Source: Candidatus Heimdallarchaeota archaeon (GTDB taxonomy: Archaea; Asgardarchaeota; Heimdallarchaeia; Heimdallarchaeales; Heimdallarchaeaceae). Taken from it: 39,719 bases of DNA. The stretch is from NCBI GenBank assembly GCA_021399345.1, contig JAAFKI010000127.1, positions 1-39,719 on the forward strand. The letters are read 5' to 3'. This document shows, one piece after another, positions 15,029 through 25,176 of the stretch (position 1 is its first letter; each line of letters begins with the position of its first letter). The position numbers were made by a program, and so were the translations under genes. The notes beneath the pieces were generated by a model. The model was not told the origin of the DNA, searched no databases, and saw nothing but the letters and a program-made list of their open reading frames with translations.

Positions 15029-16840
15029 TTGCAAGATTTACCTTTGATAAAAATTTATAATAGAGTAATTTATTCTTCGTTCATTGATAAGCGAGCTGGA
15101 ATGAATTTAATGGTTTCCCATGATTTAGAAGAAGTTAAAGCTAATATCGTTAAGCAATATGAGGAAATGACTCCCAAATCTAAAGAACTATTTGAGGAGT
15201 CGAGAAAATGGTTACCTGGAGGTGGAACAAGAAACATTACTTACTTCTATCCTTACCCATTTTATGTTACAAAAGGAGAAGGGACCTATCTAGAAGATGT
15301 TGATGGAAATAGATACATTGATGTCCAGAACAACATGACTGTACTTCTTCATGGACATGCTCATCCAAAAATAACTGAAACTTTACAGAAACAAGCAAAA
15401 TTAGGCACCGCTCATAACGCTCCAACTTCAGGTCAATATGAATTAGCTAAAATTCTATGTGAACGTGTTCCATCAATTGAAGAAATTCGATTTTGTAATT
15501 CTGGAACTGAAGCAACTATGTTTGCAATGAGAGCAGCTAGAGTTTATACCGGTAAAGACGGAATCATACTAATGGATGGCTGTTATCATGGTTCACATGA
15601 TTATGTTAGTGTAAACTTTGATTCAGCTCTATTAAATGAAGGAATGCCAGAACCTGGTGTAGAAAAAGGTATTCCAAAGTCTGTTTTGAAGGACATTTAT
15701 GTTGTCCCAGTTAATGATTTAGAAGCAGCAGAAAAAATTATGAAAAAACATCATAAGAAAATAGCTGCTCTAATAATTGAACCTGTTCTGGGTTATGCAG
15801 GAGGAGTTTTAGCAGATTCTGAATATCTTAGAGGTTTGAGGGAATTAACAAAGAAGTATAATATTCTATTGATTTTCGATGAAGTAATCACTTTCAGATT
15901 ATCTACTGGTGGAATGCAAAAAGTTTATGGCATAACTCCTGACCTTACAGCTCTTGGAAAAGCCATAGGTGGAGGATTACCTGTAGGTGCTTTTGGAGGT
16001 AAAAGGGAGATTATAGAACAATTCAATCCTACAAAAAAGAACTTTGTCATGCATTCTGGGACCTTCAGTGGGAATGCTCTTACTATGGCGGCAGGTAAAA
16101 CAGCTTTAGAAATGTATGATGAAAAGGAAGTAGAAAGAATAGGTAAACTCGGTGATAGACTTAGAAAAGGTCTTCGTGAGATAATGGATGGACTTGGAGT
16201 AGACTGCTATATCGGTGGTTATCAATCAATCACTTACATCCAGTTTCCAGATGTAGTTGCTCAAAACAAAAGAGAAATTTCTTTCAATACTATACCTTAT
16301 CTAGAGCTATCTAATTATCTAAGGATTGCAATGCCATTAAATGGTTTATATGGGATATCAAGAGGAGTTATTGGTTTTATGCTTTCAACAGCAATGGATG
16401 AGAAAATCATTGACGAAGTTTTGGTTAGATTTAAGAAGACAATGGAAATGGTTCTACCTATTTATGAGGATTTGAAACCTTACAAAGGATTTGCTGGAAT
16501 AATCTACTCAATGCTTAAAGATTTGAATACAAATGAAGAATTTGCACAAAATTACTCTGAGGATGAATATTCTATCTTACTAGTAGCAAAAGATGATCCC
16601 TTTGCAGTTAGGGTAGTTATCAAGGAAGGGAAACTGAACTTTACTCCAATAGAGTATACCAAGAGTGATTTGAAGAAACTTGCAAAGGGAACAGATGGTG
16701 TTTTAATCACTACAAGATCAACTTTTCTGGGTTTAGGTGTAGGAAAAGTGAAACCATTAAAAGCAATCCTAACAGGAAAATTGAAAATCAAAGGTATGAA
16801 ATATATTAAGAAATTCACACAATATTTCTCTTTACTATAG
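15029..16840 (+). CDS. Class III PLP aminotransferase (GSA-aminomutase-like) fused to C-terminal SCP2-like lipid-binding domain (start probably ATG 15101 or 15110)
   Basis: DVDGNRYID, NSGTEAT, YHGSHD, FDEVIT, LGKAIGGGLP, SGTFSGN; C-terminal GKVKPLKAILTGKLKIKG. Confidence 0.85.
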   Translation: MQDLPLIKIYNRVIYSSFIDKRAGMNLMVSHDLEEVKANIVKQYEEMTPKSKELFEESRKWLPGGGTRNITYFYPYPFYVTKGEGTYLEDVDGNRYIDVQNNMTVLLHGHAHPKITETLQKQAKLGTAHNAPTSGQYELAKILCERVPSIEEIRFCNSGTEATMFAMRAARVYTGKDGIILMDGCYHGSHDYVSVNFDSALLNEGMPEPGVEKGIPKSVLKDIYVVPVNDLEAAEKIMKKHHKKIAALIIEPVLGYAGGVLADSEYLRGLRELTKKYNILLIFDEVITFRLSTGGMQKVYGITPDLTALGKAIGGGLPVGAFGGKREIIEQFNPTKKNFVMHSGTFSGNALTMAAGKTALEMYDEKEVERIGKLGDRLRKGLREIMDGLGVDCYIGGYQSITYIQFPDVVAQNKREISFNTIPYLELSNYLRIAMPLNGLYGISRGVIGFMLSTAMDEKIIDEVLVRFKKTMEMVLPIYEDLKPYKGFAGIIYSMLKDLNTNEEFAQNYSEDEYSILLVAKDDPFAVRVVIKEGKLNFTPIEYTKSDLKKLAKGTDGVLITTRSTFLGLGVGKVKPLKAILTGKLKIKGMKYIKKFTQYFSLL

Positions 16841-16990
16841 GAGAATAAACCTTTATTTTTCCTTCTTCCTTATTTCTATTTTCTAATTAATTTTGAATTC
16901 TAATTTACATCATTCCGTAAAATTATGTGTCTCTGTAAACAAATTTTTTGGTATTGTTTAGAAAAAAAAAGTTAAGTAAAAAGAAAAATC

Positions 16991-17884
16991 TTAGAGTGAA
17001 GCTCCACAACTTTGGCAGAATTTCCCATCTTCCATTGCTTTTGCACCACATTTTGAGCAAAACTGAGCTTTAACCTGAGCTGGTTCTACTTGTTCAGCTG
17101 TGGGTTTTGATTCACTGTAACTTTCAACAGGAGCTGCTTGAGCTGTCATTCCTTGACTACTTTGTGGTTCGACCATTCTTATGTCTCTACTAAGATCTCG
17201 AAAACCTAGTAACATTAGTATAAATCCAACTAAACTTCCTATCGAACCATAAGTACTGAACATTGAAGATATAGAGGATACAACATTCACTGCTAAACCA
17301 ATAAAAAGATACATTGAAGGTTTTCCACGGAATCTTCCTGTACTTTTGTATTCACCAAATAATTGGTATATTAGAAATGCTGCAGCAGCAAGAGAAACAT
17401 TTCCTGCAATTGATATAACGGTTCCGGCAACTCCTGGTGTAAACATTCCTGCAATAATAGCTATGATATATCCATAAAATCCATAACTTATGTATTTAGT
17501 AGTCTCTAGTGTTCTTTCAGCTTGATGTAACTTGCTGAATGCTGTTCCCAAACGGTAGTATTGAACATAGCTCATAAATAGAATTACAATCAGTGCAACA
17601 AGTGCTATTCCCAGAAAAACAAATGCAACTATCCCTGATGATAATATCCCACTAGCAATGATGGCTTCACCAGTTTCATAGATATTGTTTGGATTAAAAT
17701 CTTCTATTGAAAATCCTAAGGGGATTAAAACTATAAAAAGTGTAATTGCAAGAATAACGACTAATGCAATCCCTATAATTGTAGCCAAAATTATATATCT
17801 ATACAGTTTATCTGCACTTTCAGAAATCTTACTTTTTGCATATTCAAAAGTCTGAGTATTATAATCTTGATTCATCGTAATCAC
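16991..17884 (-). CDS. Multi-pass membrane protein with C-terminal zinc ribbon
   Basis: About 6 TM helices; FCSKCG...FCQSCG. Confidence 0.85.
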   Translation of the reverse strand: MITMNQDYNTQTFEYAKSKISESADKLYRYIILATIIGIALVVILAITLFIVLIPLGFSIEDFNPNNIYETGEAIIASGILSSGIVAFVFLGIALVALIVILFMSYVQYYRLGTAFSKLHQAERTLETTKYISYGFYGYIIAIIAGMFTPGVAGTVISIAGNVSLAAAAFLIYQLFGEYKSTGRFRGKPSMYLFIGLAVNVVSSISSMFSTYGSIGSLVGFILMLLGFRDLSRDIRMVEPQSSQGMTAQAAPVESYSESKPTAEQVEPAQVKAQFCSKCGAKAMEDGKFCQSCGASL

Positions 17885-18056
17885 TGAATCTGCATTTTAG
17901 ATGCTTATAAAATGTACCTTTAACCAATTTAGTGATAAATTAGATATAATATCTCACGAATTTCAATACTAATGTTTTTTACGTCATTCTGCAAAATTTC
18001 AATCTTGGTAAACAACCCTTTTAAATATCCATGGATTTTTTCATTGGATTGAGATT

Positions 18057-20837
18057 ATGCGTGAAGGATTGACTTTTGATGATGTACTTTTAGTACCAAA
18101 ACACTCCTCTGTTACATCTAGAAAAGATGTTGAAACCTCTACTTATCTTTCTCGAAATATAAAATTAAATGTACCCATTGTAAGTTCTAACATGGATACA
18201 GTAACAGAAAGTAAGATGGCTATAGTTATGGCCCAGATGGGAGCTATTGGAATCATTCATCGTTTTATGTCTGTTGAGGATCATGTTTCTGAAGTAACTA
18301 AGGTTAAACGTTCAGAAATGATTAGAATAGATCACCCTTATCGTTTAAAACCTGAAAACACTTTAGACGATGCTAGAGCTATGATGGAAGACAAAGGGAT
18401 TTCTGGAATTCTGGTCACAGATCCCTCTGATAAACTAGTAGGTATTCTTACAACTCGAGATATTATGTTTGAAGAAGATGGGGTAACTAAAATCTCTGAT
18501 TTAATGTCAACTGATCTGGTTACTGCTGCTCCTGATATAACAATTGAATCAGCTAAGGATTATCTTCAAAAGAGTAGAATAGAAAAATTACCTCTAATAG
18601 ATGAAAAAGGGTTTCTAAAAGGTTTAATCACTTCTAAAGATATTATAAAAAGTAAAGTCTTGCCTGATTCTTCTAAAGATTCTAAAGGACGATTACTAGT
18701 TGCAGCTGCTATAGGTGTTCGTGGAGATTATCTGCAACGAGCTGAAAAACTTGTCAATGCTGATGCTGATGCTCTAGTTATTGATATAGCTCATGGGCAT
18801 TCAGATTTGGCTATTAATACTGTCAAAGCTATACGAAAGAATTTTAGTGATATAGAGATTATTGCGGGTAATGTGGCTACTAGTGAGGGAACAAAAGCTC
18901 TCATTGAAGCTGGTTGTGATGCAGTTAAAGTAGGTGTGGGACCTGGAAGTATTTGTCTCGAGGGTGACACTCTAATTACTATGTCAGATTATTCAGTTAA
19001 GAGAATCAAAGATGTAGTACCAGGAGACATAGTAGTTACTCATAGAAATAACAAGCGTTCAGTTACAAAGAAATATACCCGGAAATTTAGTGGGGAAATT
19101 TACCATATTAACATCAAAGGTTCTCCTGGAAATATAAAAATCACCTCAGAGCATCCAATTTTAGCAATTTCCTTCGATTCTGATGAAGAGAAGATAAAGA
19201 AGTTCGGTTCTAAATATTATTTTGATAAAAAGAAACATAATCTAGGCTTAGAATGGCTTGAAGCTTCATCACTTAAACGTGGAGATTTGGTTGTTGTTCC
19301 TAGGACTATAGCAAGAAAAACAAAGAAACTTCAATTTGACTTGACCGATTATGTTAACTGTTTGTTTGATAATAGAAAAGTGTGGTCAAACAAAGTAGGA
19401 TTCAACCCAAACAAAGAATCTTTTATAGATTTAGCTATCCGTTTTTCAACAACAAAAAGAATTATAGGCAATATAGTTAAAGGTGGTAAGTCTCAAGATA
19501 TGATTTTAAACCAAGAAGTTAATGAATATCTTGATTCAGTTGATTATCAGAGAACAATAGATCCACTAATTATCAATCGTTATATAGAATTAAATGAAGA
19601 TTTAATGAGATTATTTGGATATTTTATTGCTGAAGGTTATGTTATTGGAGCAAAAAACAACAGACAACTAGTTTTTGGTTTTTCAAAAGATGAAACTGAT
19701 TATCATAATGATGTAAAAACTTTAGTTAAGAAAACCTTTGGATATGCTAATACAAAAGTTAGATATCATAAAACTAAAAATTCAGCAGAAGTTAGAGTTT
19801 ATTCTCATTATATTGCCTCTTTCTTTGAAAGAATCTTTCCTTTAGGTTCAAAAAACAAGAAATTTCCAAGTTTTATTTTTGAACAAGAAAATTATCTTTT
19901 GATTGATTTAATTAAAGGAGCCTTTTATGGAGATGGAAGCATTAGTGAAAAAAGAAAAGCAACATACAAAACTGTATCTGCATCTCTTGCTTTTCAAATG
20001 TCTGAGATTCTTATTCGCTTAGGATTTCTACCAACTATTTCAAAAGAGAAGAAAAGAGAAGAGAAATGGTCAGATATTTACAAAATCATTATTTCAGGTT
20101 CCCAATATGATAGATTTATGGATACATTTTATCCAAGTGAGGAGTATCTGAAAGTGACCAAATCTGCTCAGCAAATTTGGGCTGATGAGTCATATATCTA
20201 TCTGAAAGTTCATTCTGTTGAAAAAGAAAACAAGGAAACATTCGTCTATAATCTGGAAGTAGATGAAGACAATTCGTATTTGACTAACAGAATAGCAGTT
20301 CATAATTGCATTACAAGAATAGTTACTGGTAGCGGTGTTCCTCAATTAACAGCCATTATGGATTGTGCTAAAGCTGCTAAAGACTTTGATGTTCCTATCA
20401 TCGCTGACGGCGGTGTACGCAACTCAGGAGATTTGACTAAGGCTATTGCAGCAGGAGCTTCAACTGTCATGATTGGTGGTCTTTTCGCTGGAACAGAAGA
20501 GAGTCCTGGAACTACCATTTTGAGATCTGGAAGAAGCTATAAAGTCGTTCGAGGAATGGCAAGTTTGGGCGCTACTTTAGGAAGAGAAGCTAGAGAGAAA
20601 AAAGGTTCTTTCGATGAGCTAGATATGGGGAGTGTAGTTCCTGAAGGAGTAGAAGCTGTTGTACCTTATCGTGGATCAGCAGCAGATGTTCTTGAACAAC
20701 TTGTTGGAGGACTCAGAAGTGGTATCTCTTATTGTGGTGCAACTAACCTCAAAGCGATGCAAGCTAATGCTGAGTTTATCAAAATAACAACTGCTGGACG
20801 TGCAGAGTCAGCTTCACATGATGTTGAGCGTATATAA
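18057..20837 (+). CDS. guaB: IMP dehydrogenase with CBS pair, interrupted by an intein
   Basis: [31 protein letters not shown]|CITR, ADGG, RGMAS, VPEGVE; exteins total 475 aa. Confidence 0.97.
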   Translation: MREGLTFDDVLLVPKHSSVTSRKDVETSTYLSRNIKLNVPIVSSNMDTVTESKMAIVMAQMGAIGIIHRFMSVEDHVSEVTKVKRSEMIRIDHPYRLKPENTLDDARAMMEDKGISGILVTDPSDKLVGILTTRDIMFEEDGVTKISDLMSTDLVTAAPDITIESAKDYLQKSRIEKLPLIDEKGFLKGLITSKDIIKSKVLPDSSKDSKGRLLVAAAIGVRGDYLQRAEKLVNADADALVIDIAHGHSDLAINTVKAIRKNFSDIEIIAGNVATSEGTKALIEAGCDAVKVGVGPGSICLEGDTLITMSDYSVKRIKDVVPGDIVVTHRNNKRSVTKKYTRKFSGEIYHINIKGSPGNIKITSEHPILAISFDSDEEKIKKFGSKYYFDKKKHNLGLEWLEASSLKRGDLVVVPRTIARKTKKLQFDLTDYVNCLFDNRKVWSNKVGFNPNKESFIDLAIRFSTTKRIIGNIVKGGKSQDMILNQEVNEYLDSVDYQRTIDPLIINRYIELNEDLMRLFGYFIAEGYVIGAKNNRQLVFGFSKDETDYHNDVKTLVKKTFGYANTKVRYHKTKNSAEVRVYSHYIASFFERIFPLGSKNKKFPSFIFEQENYLLIDLIKGAFYGDGSISEKRKATYKTVSASLAFQMSEILIRLGFLPTISKEKKREEKWSDIYKIIISGSQYDRFMDTFYPSEEYLKVTKSAQQIWADESYIYLKVHSVEKENKETFVYNLEVDEDNSYLTNRIAVHNCITRIVTGSGVPQLTAIMDCAKAAKDFDVPIIADGGVRNSGDLTKAIAAGASTVMIGGLFAGTEESPGTTILRSGRSYKVVRGMASLGATLGREAREKKGSFDELDMGSVVPEGVEAVVPYRGSAADVLEQLVGGLRSGISYCGATNLKAMQANAEFIKITTAGRAESASHDVERI
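18954..20306 (+). mobile_element. Intein (451 aa) with LAGLIDADG homing endonuclease
   Basis: Starts CLEGDT, block B ITSEHPIL, endonuclease motifs LFGYFIAEG and IKGAFYGDG, ends VYNLEV...AVHN followed by extein Cys. Confidence 0.95.
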
Positions 20838-20877
20838 ATCGCGTAATTACTCAATAATGGACAACAGAAGTTAAATA

Positions 20878-22419
20878 ATGAGTAATCACCACTTATTTCG
20901 TCAGATGTCTGAGTATAGAACAATAGCTATTCTTGTTTTTAGAATCTTTAGAGGTAGATATCATTTTTATCTCGTTAGAAGAGGTAAAAATATGCCTGCT
21001 TTTCCTAATACATGGACGCCTATTGGTTCTGTAATCACAGCTCAAGATTTTAAGATTGCTGAGGAACTAGAAAAGAAGCATGGTGATATTTCTGATAATC
21101 TACCAGACAAAGTAACAGCTTTACGACTTCTCTTAGAAAGGGATTTGATTCAAGATACAGAATTGCTAAGTTCTGTACCTTTATTGACAGATGTTCGACA
21201 AAAAATCTTGAAAATGGATCCTGCTTATTTAATGACCTTCTTCAGTTCAATGATTCCTTGGGGAAGGCATAAAGTAAATGTTAACGAAGACATCTTAGAT
21301 AGCTATTCCTACCTTTACATTGTTCCAACATCTTCAATCTTCGAAAAAGGAAAACTATCCCAATATTCAGAATATACACGTTCGAAAGATATAGTTTTGG
21401 AGGATAGAAACTGGTGGTTCAAATCAAGCAAAATTGTAAGAAAATATAACCAGATTAAAAGTCTTTTTGATCCAATTGTTGTGACTTTCATTACAAAATT
21501 CCACGATGAAAAGAAAAAACTTGTAGATGTTGCTAGGGAGTTGGATAAAGAATCCACAGAAGCAAGATTTTTCAAAATGAGTATACTCCCTAAAATATTG
21601 AAGTTTGAGACTCCAGCTCCTACAAGAACCCCCTTCAATCTCTGCAATATTTATGTTGTTGGTAACGAACGACAATATATTATTGATCCTGGTTCAACAA
21701 CATCCAAAGCTATTAAAATTCTTGAAAAATATGTTGAAGAGAATATAGACAAAATTGAAGGAGTTCTATTAACAAATCACCTTGTAGACCATTGTAATCA
21801 AGCTCTTCGTTTTAAAGAGGAATTTGATATCCCCTTATTCGCTTCTGAAGAAACTGCAGAAGAATTGTCTGAAGAGGGTTTAATTTTTAATTCCTATCTT
21901 AAGGAAGGTATGAAAATCTATTTGGGATCATATGAACCACTAGGTTTGAAGAAATGGGAGCTAACTGTTGTGGGAATACCAGGATATACAAAAGGTCAAT
22001 TGGGATATTATGACCCCCGAGGAATATTGTTTTCAGGAAGTCTTCTTCATAAAGGTATTATTAGTACAATTGGAAAATATGATGAAGCATATTCAGATTT
22101 CCTAAGCAGTTTGAAGAAAGTATCAAAACTAAATCTAAAATATGCTCTTTCTGGTCATCGTGATATTATCATAGATGTGAAAGGAGCTATTAATTTCAAT
22201 CTTAAGAATCTTAAGAAATACGAAGGATTCATTCTACGCTTGATACATGAAGGAAAATCAACTTTGGATGAGTTTATTAATGCAGTTTTTGAAAACTCTG
22301 ATTTTGAATGGAGAGATAGTGCAGTTAATCTTGTTCTTCTTCTTCTATCAAAAATGACTGATGAAAATAAAATTCAAAAACGTGGTGAAGACTACTTTTG
22401 TATAAATGGTACTAAATAG
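20878..22419 (+). CDS. Nudix-like + metallo-beta-lactamase-fold fusion, degenerate motifs (start may be ATG near 20905)
   Basis: N-terminal LVRRGKNMPAFPNTWTPIG...ALRLLLE; MBL IIDPG, LTNHLVDH, PGYT, FSGS, SGH; C-terminal wHTH-like segment. Confidence 0.7.
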   Translation: MSNHHLFRQMSEYRTIAILVFRIFRGRYHFYLVRRGKNMPAFPNTWTPIGSVITAQDFKIAEELEKKHGDISDNLPDKVTALRLLLERDLIQDTELLSSVPLLTDVRQKILKMDPAYLMTFFSSMIPWGRHKVNVNEDILDSYSYLYIVPTSSIFEKGKLSQYSEYTRSKDIVLEDRNWWFKSSKIVRKYNQIKSLFDPIVVTFITKFHDEKKKLVDVARELDKESTEARFFKMSILPKILKFETPAPTRTPFNLCNIYVVGNERQYIIDPGSTTSKAIKILEKYVEENIDKIEGVLLTNHLVDHCNQALRFKEEFDIPLFASEETAEELSEEGLIFNSYLKEGMKIYLGSYEPLGLKKWELTVVGIPGYTKGQLGYYDPRGILFSGSLLHKGIISTIGKYDEAYSDFLSSLKKVSKLNLKYALSGHRDIIIDVKGAINFNLKNLKKYEGFILRLIHEGKSTLDEFINAVFENSDFEWRDSAVNLVLLLLSKMTDENKIQKRGEDYFCINGTK

Positions 22420-22464
22420 TCATTCTTTCACCAAAACTTATATTTATTCTAAATTTCCATTTGC

Positions 22465-23916
22465 ATGATGAGCCTTCAAGTAGTTGTTGAAATCTGCAAT
22501 CCTAATGAATGTCAGCATGAATGTGTGTCAGTTTGTCCTCAAAATAAAAAAGGAAAAATTGCAATCAAAGTTGAAAAAACAGTAGCTGAAATGAACAAAA
22601 GTAATTGTATAAATTGTTTACAATGTGTCTATGCTTGTCCTTTTGATGCCATAGAAGTTGTTCTGAAAAACAAGAATAAAATTACTAAGGAAACACTCCA
22701 GTCTAAAGATAAAGAAAGACAAAGAAAAAAAGACAAGAAAGTGTTTGAGATAAATGAAGATGTTTATGAGCCTTTCAACGAAAAATATACCATTTTCAGT
22801 CGTAGAATGTGGGATGAGGAGTATGAAGGATTCAAGAAGCCTATTTTTGGAAAAGCAAAAGAACGAATTGAAATTGGTTTAGATGGCTACTCTGAAATTG
22901 AATTAGCTGCAGTCGATGCTGCTTGGTCAATTGAAAATCTTGTAGGTATGCATGAATTTCAGAAGGAAAGACCAAAGACATTGGATGAAGAAAACAAAAA
23001 GAAACTTGAAGAACAGAAGGATAAAACCAAAGTTAAACAGGTCAATTATGACGTTCAAGAACCACAGCAATACAAAGTTGAAGATCCCGAAGAGATGTCC
23101 AAATGGTTGAAGAAAGTTTCCAAATTCTATGGAGCAAATCTGATAGGTGTAGCAAAGTTTGATCCGAAGTGGATTTACACTCACGATAGAATGGATAGAG
23201 CATATGTAATTCCTGAAAAAATAAAAAATGTCATAGTCATAGTAGTTGAAATGGATCTAGATGCAATTAATACATCTCCAAAGATGCCTGGTGGAATAGC
23301 TACAGGACTTGGGTATTCTAAAATAGCTTTTGTAAGAACACTAGTATCAAGCTTCATCAAGAATTTAGGTTATGAAGCAATCCCTGCTGGAAATGCTCTA
23401 GGTCTGTCTGTTCCATTAGCTGTTGAAGCAGGACTTGGAGGATACGGTCGTCATGGTTTGTTAATAACAAAGGAATATGGACCTAGAGTGAGAGTTGCAA
23501 AAATACTAACAGATATGCCTCTAGTAGCTGACAAACCTAGTTATCGTTTTGCTAAGTCAGTTGAACGTTTCTGTGAAACATGTATGACCTGTGCTGAGAA
23601 ATGCCCAAGTGCATCAATTTCCTTTGATAAAAAAACATCCTATAAAACACATAGTATAAGCAATAATCCTGGAGTGAAGAAATGGTATGTCAATGTAGAC
23701 ACTTGTTATATGTTTTGGATAGAAAATGGTGGAGATTGCAGTGTGTGTATATCTGATTGTGAGTATAACCATAAACCAAGCTGGCCTCATAAAGTAGCTA
23801 ATTGGATAGTTATGAATATGCCTATATTCAATCCTATATGGCCTTATGTTGGGAGATTGTTAGGTTATGGTGGTAATAAGTCTGCTAAGAAATTCTGGAA
23901 GAAAATTAAGGTTTAA
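22465..23916 (+). CDS. Reductive dehalogenase (RdhA)-family cobalamin/Fe-S protein with N-terminal RLI-type ferredoxin domain
   Basis: LGYEAIP, SVPLAVEAGLGGYGRHGLLIT..YGPRVR..KILTDMPL, FCETCMTCAEKCP, GVKKW, CSVCISDC; N-terminal CX4CX3CX3CP and CX2CX2CX3CP. Confidence 0.85.
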   Translation: MMSLQVVVEICNPNECQHECVSVCPQNKKGKIAIKVEKTVAEMNKSNCINCLQCVYACPFDAIEVVLKNKNKITKETLQSKDKERQRKKDKKVFEINEDVYEPFNEKYTIFSRRMWDEEYEGFKKPIFGKAKERIEIGLDGYSEIELAAVDAAWSIENLVGMHEFQKERPKTLDEENKKKLEEQKDKTKVKQVNYDVQEPQQYKVEDPEEMSKWLKKVSKFYGANLIGVAKFDPKWIYTHDRMDRAYVIPEKIKNVIVIVVEMDLDAINTSPKMPGGIATGLGYSKIAFVRTLVSSFIKNLGYEAIPAGNALGLSVPLAVEAGLGGYGRHGLLITKEYGPRVRVAKILTDMPLVADKPSYRFAKSVERFCETCMTCAEKCPSASISFDKKTSYKTHSISNNPGVKKWYVNVDTCYMFWIENGGDCSVCISDCEYNHKPSWPHKVANWIVMNMPIFNPIWPYVGRLLGYGGNKSAKKFWKKIKV

Positions 23917-23948
23917 AGAATTACCTTAGTTTTATTTTATCTCTCTAG

Positions 23949-25058
23949 TTAGATTTTTTCCATCAACGCAGTTTCGATTGTCATTCCTGGACCAAAAGAC
24001 GTTGCAAATAAGAGACCTTTTTTCTCTTCGTCTTTCAAAATACGTTCCAGCACAAACATTATTGTAGCTGAGCTCATATTTCCATACTCTCTCATAATAT
24101 GATATGAAGCATCAAGATCCTCAGGAGTTAAATCTAAGGCTAGTTCAGCTTTGGTCAGAATAGCTTTTCCACCCGGATGAATGGCCCATATTTTTATGTC
24201 ATCTTTTATTTTGTTTGATTTCTTTAAGAGATCTTCCAAAATACTTACTAGGTTATGTTGAACCACTTTAGGTACATTTAAGGTCAGTTTCATACCAAAT
24301 CCAGTATCACCTATATTCCAAGCCATATCTTCTTCTGTGCCTGGTACAATGTCTGTAGCAAAATCACGTAAAACAAATTTACTTCCTTCGCAGTCATTTT
24401 CATCACTAGAAACTAGAGCAGCTGAAATGCCATCAGCAAAAATAGCATTGGCAATAACTTGGTCCAATTCGAATGATTGTTGTAAATGAATTGAACATAA
24501 TTCAACATTAACAATCAAGACTCTTGCTTTAGAATCAGAAAGACAAATATTCTTAGCTAACTTCAAGGCATTGATAGCTGCTTGACATCCCATAAAACCG
24601 AGGATATATCTATCTATTTTCGGGTTCAATTCGAAGTCTTTAACAATGTAATAGTCAAGTCCTGGAGCATCAAAGCCAGTACAAGAAACTGTTATAACAT
24701 GAGAGATTTTACTCTTATCAAATCTAGGATTTGAATTAAATAATTTTTCAACTGCTAGCTTTCCCAACCTAAGTGATTCCTTTGCAAATAGGTCATTTCT
24801 TTGCTTAGTTGTGGGTTCAGGTCTGAGAGTTTTATTTTTTGGATAGAAAGTAAATTCGCTAGGATCTTTTCCATAATCATCAATAACTGTATGTCGTTTT
24901 ATGATACCAGTTCCTTTGTAGACTTTGTTAAGAAAAACTTTTTTGTAGGTTGTATCTGCGACTATCTTTTTCATATATTTTAAGGCAAATTTCTGTGTGT
25001 AGAATTTCTCAGGAACTACTGTAGCTATTGAATGGAGATAGACATTATTTTCTTTCAA
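23949..25058 (-). CDS. Type III polyketide synthase (chalcone/stilbene synthase family)
   Basis: VSCTG, GFMGCQAA (catalytic Cys), ELCSIH, AIFADG, WAIHPGG (His), YGNMSS (Asn), FGPG. Confidence 0.93.
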   Translation of the reverse strand: MKENNVYLHSIATVVPEKFYTQKFALKYMKKIVADTTYKKVFLNKVYKGTGIIKRHTVIDDYGKDPSEFTFYPKNKTLRPEPTTKQRNDLFAKESLRLGKLAVEKLFNSNPRFDKSKISHVITVSCTGFDAPGLDYYIVKDFELNPKIDRYILGFMGCQAAINALKLAKNICLSDSKARVLIVNVELCSIHLQQSFELDQVIANAIFADGISAALVSSDENDCEGSKFVLRDFATDIVPGTEEDMAWNIGDTGFGMKLTLNVPKVVQHNLVSILEDLLKKSNKIKDDIKIWAIHPGGKAILTKAELALDLTPEDLDASYHIMREYGNMSSATIMFVLERILKDEEKKGLLFATSFGPGMTIETALMEKI

Positions 25059-25176
25059 AAGAATTCTTCCTTTCGCATTTTCTCAGGTTTATTAAAACTT
25101 GATTGAGTTCAACATAATTCTTCTAGTACTGCATTTATACTTTCTTATCCGGTTTGGATTAAGAGTTTCTGCATTA

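Noticed and set aside
15029-16840. Calling the gene hemL
   Set aside because: No tetrapyrrole gene context, and the SCP2-like fusion suggests another substrate
11212-25058. One biosynthetic cluster joining UbiA, aminotransferase-SCP2 and PKS
   Set aside because: Genes are scattered, on mixed strands and separated by unrelated genes such as guaB
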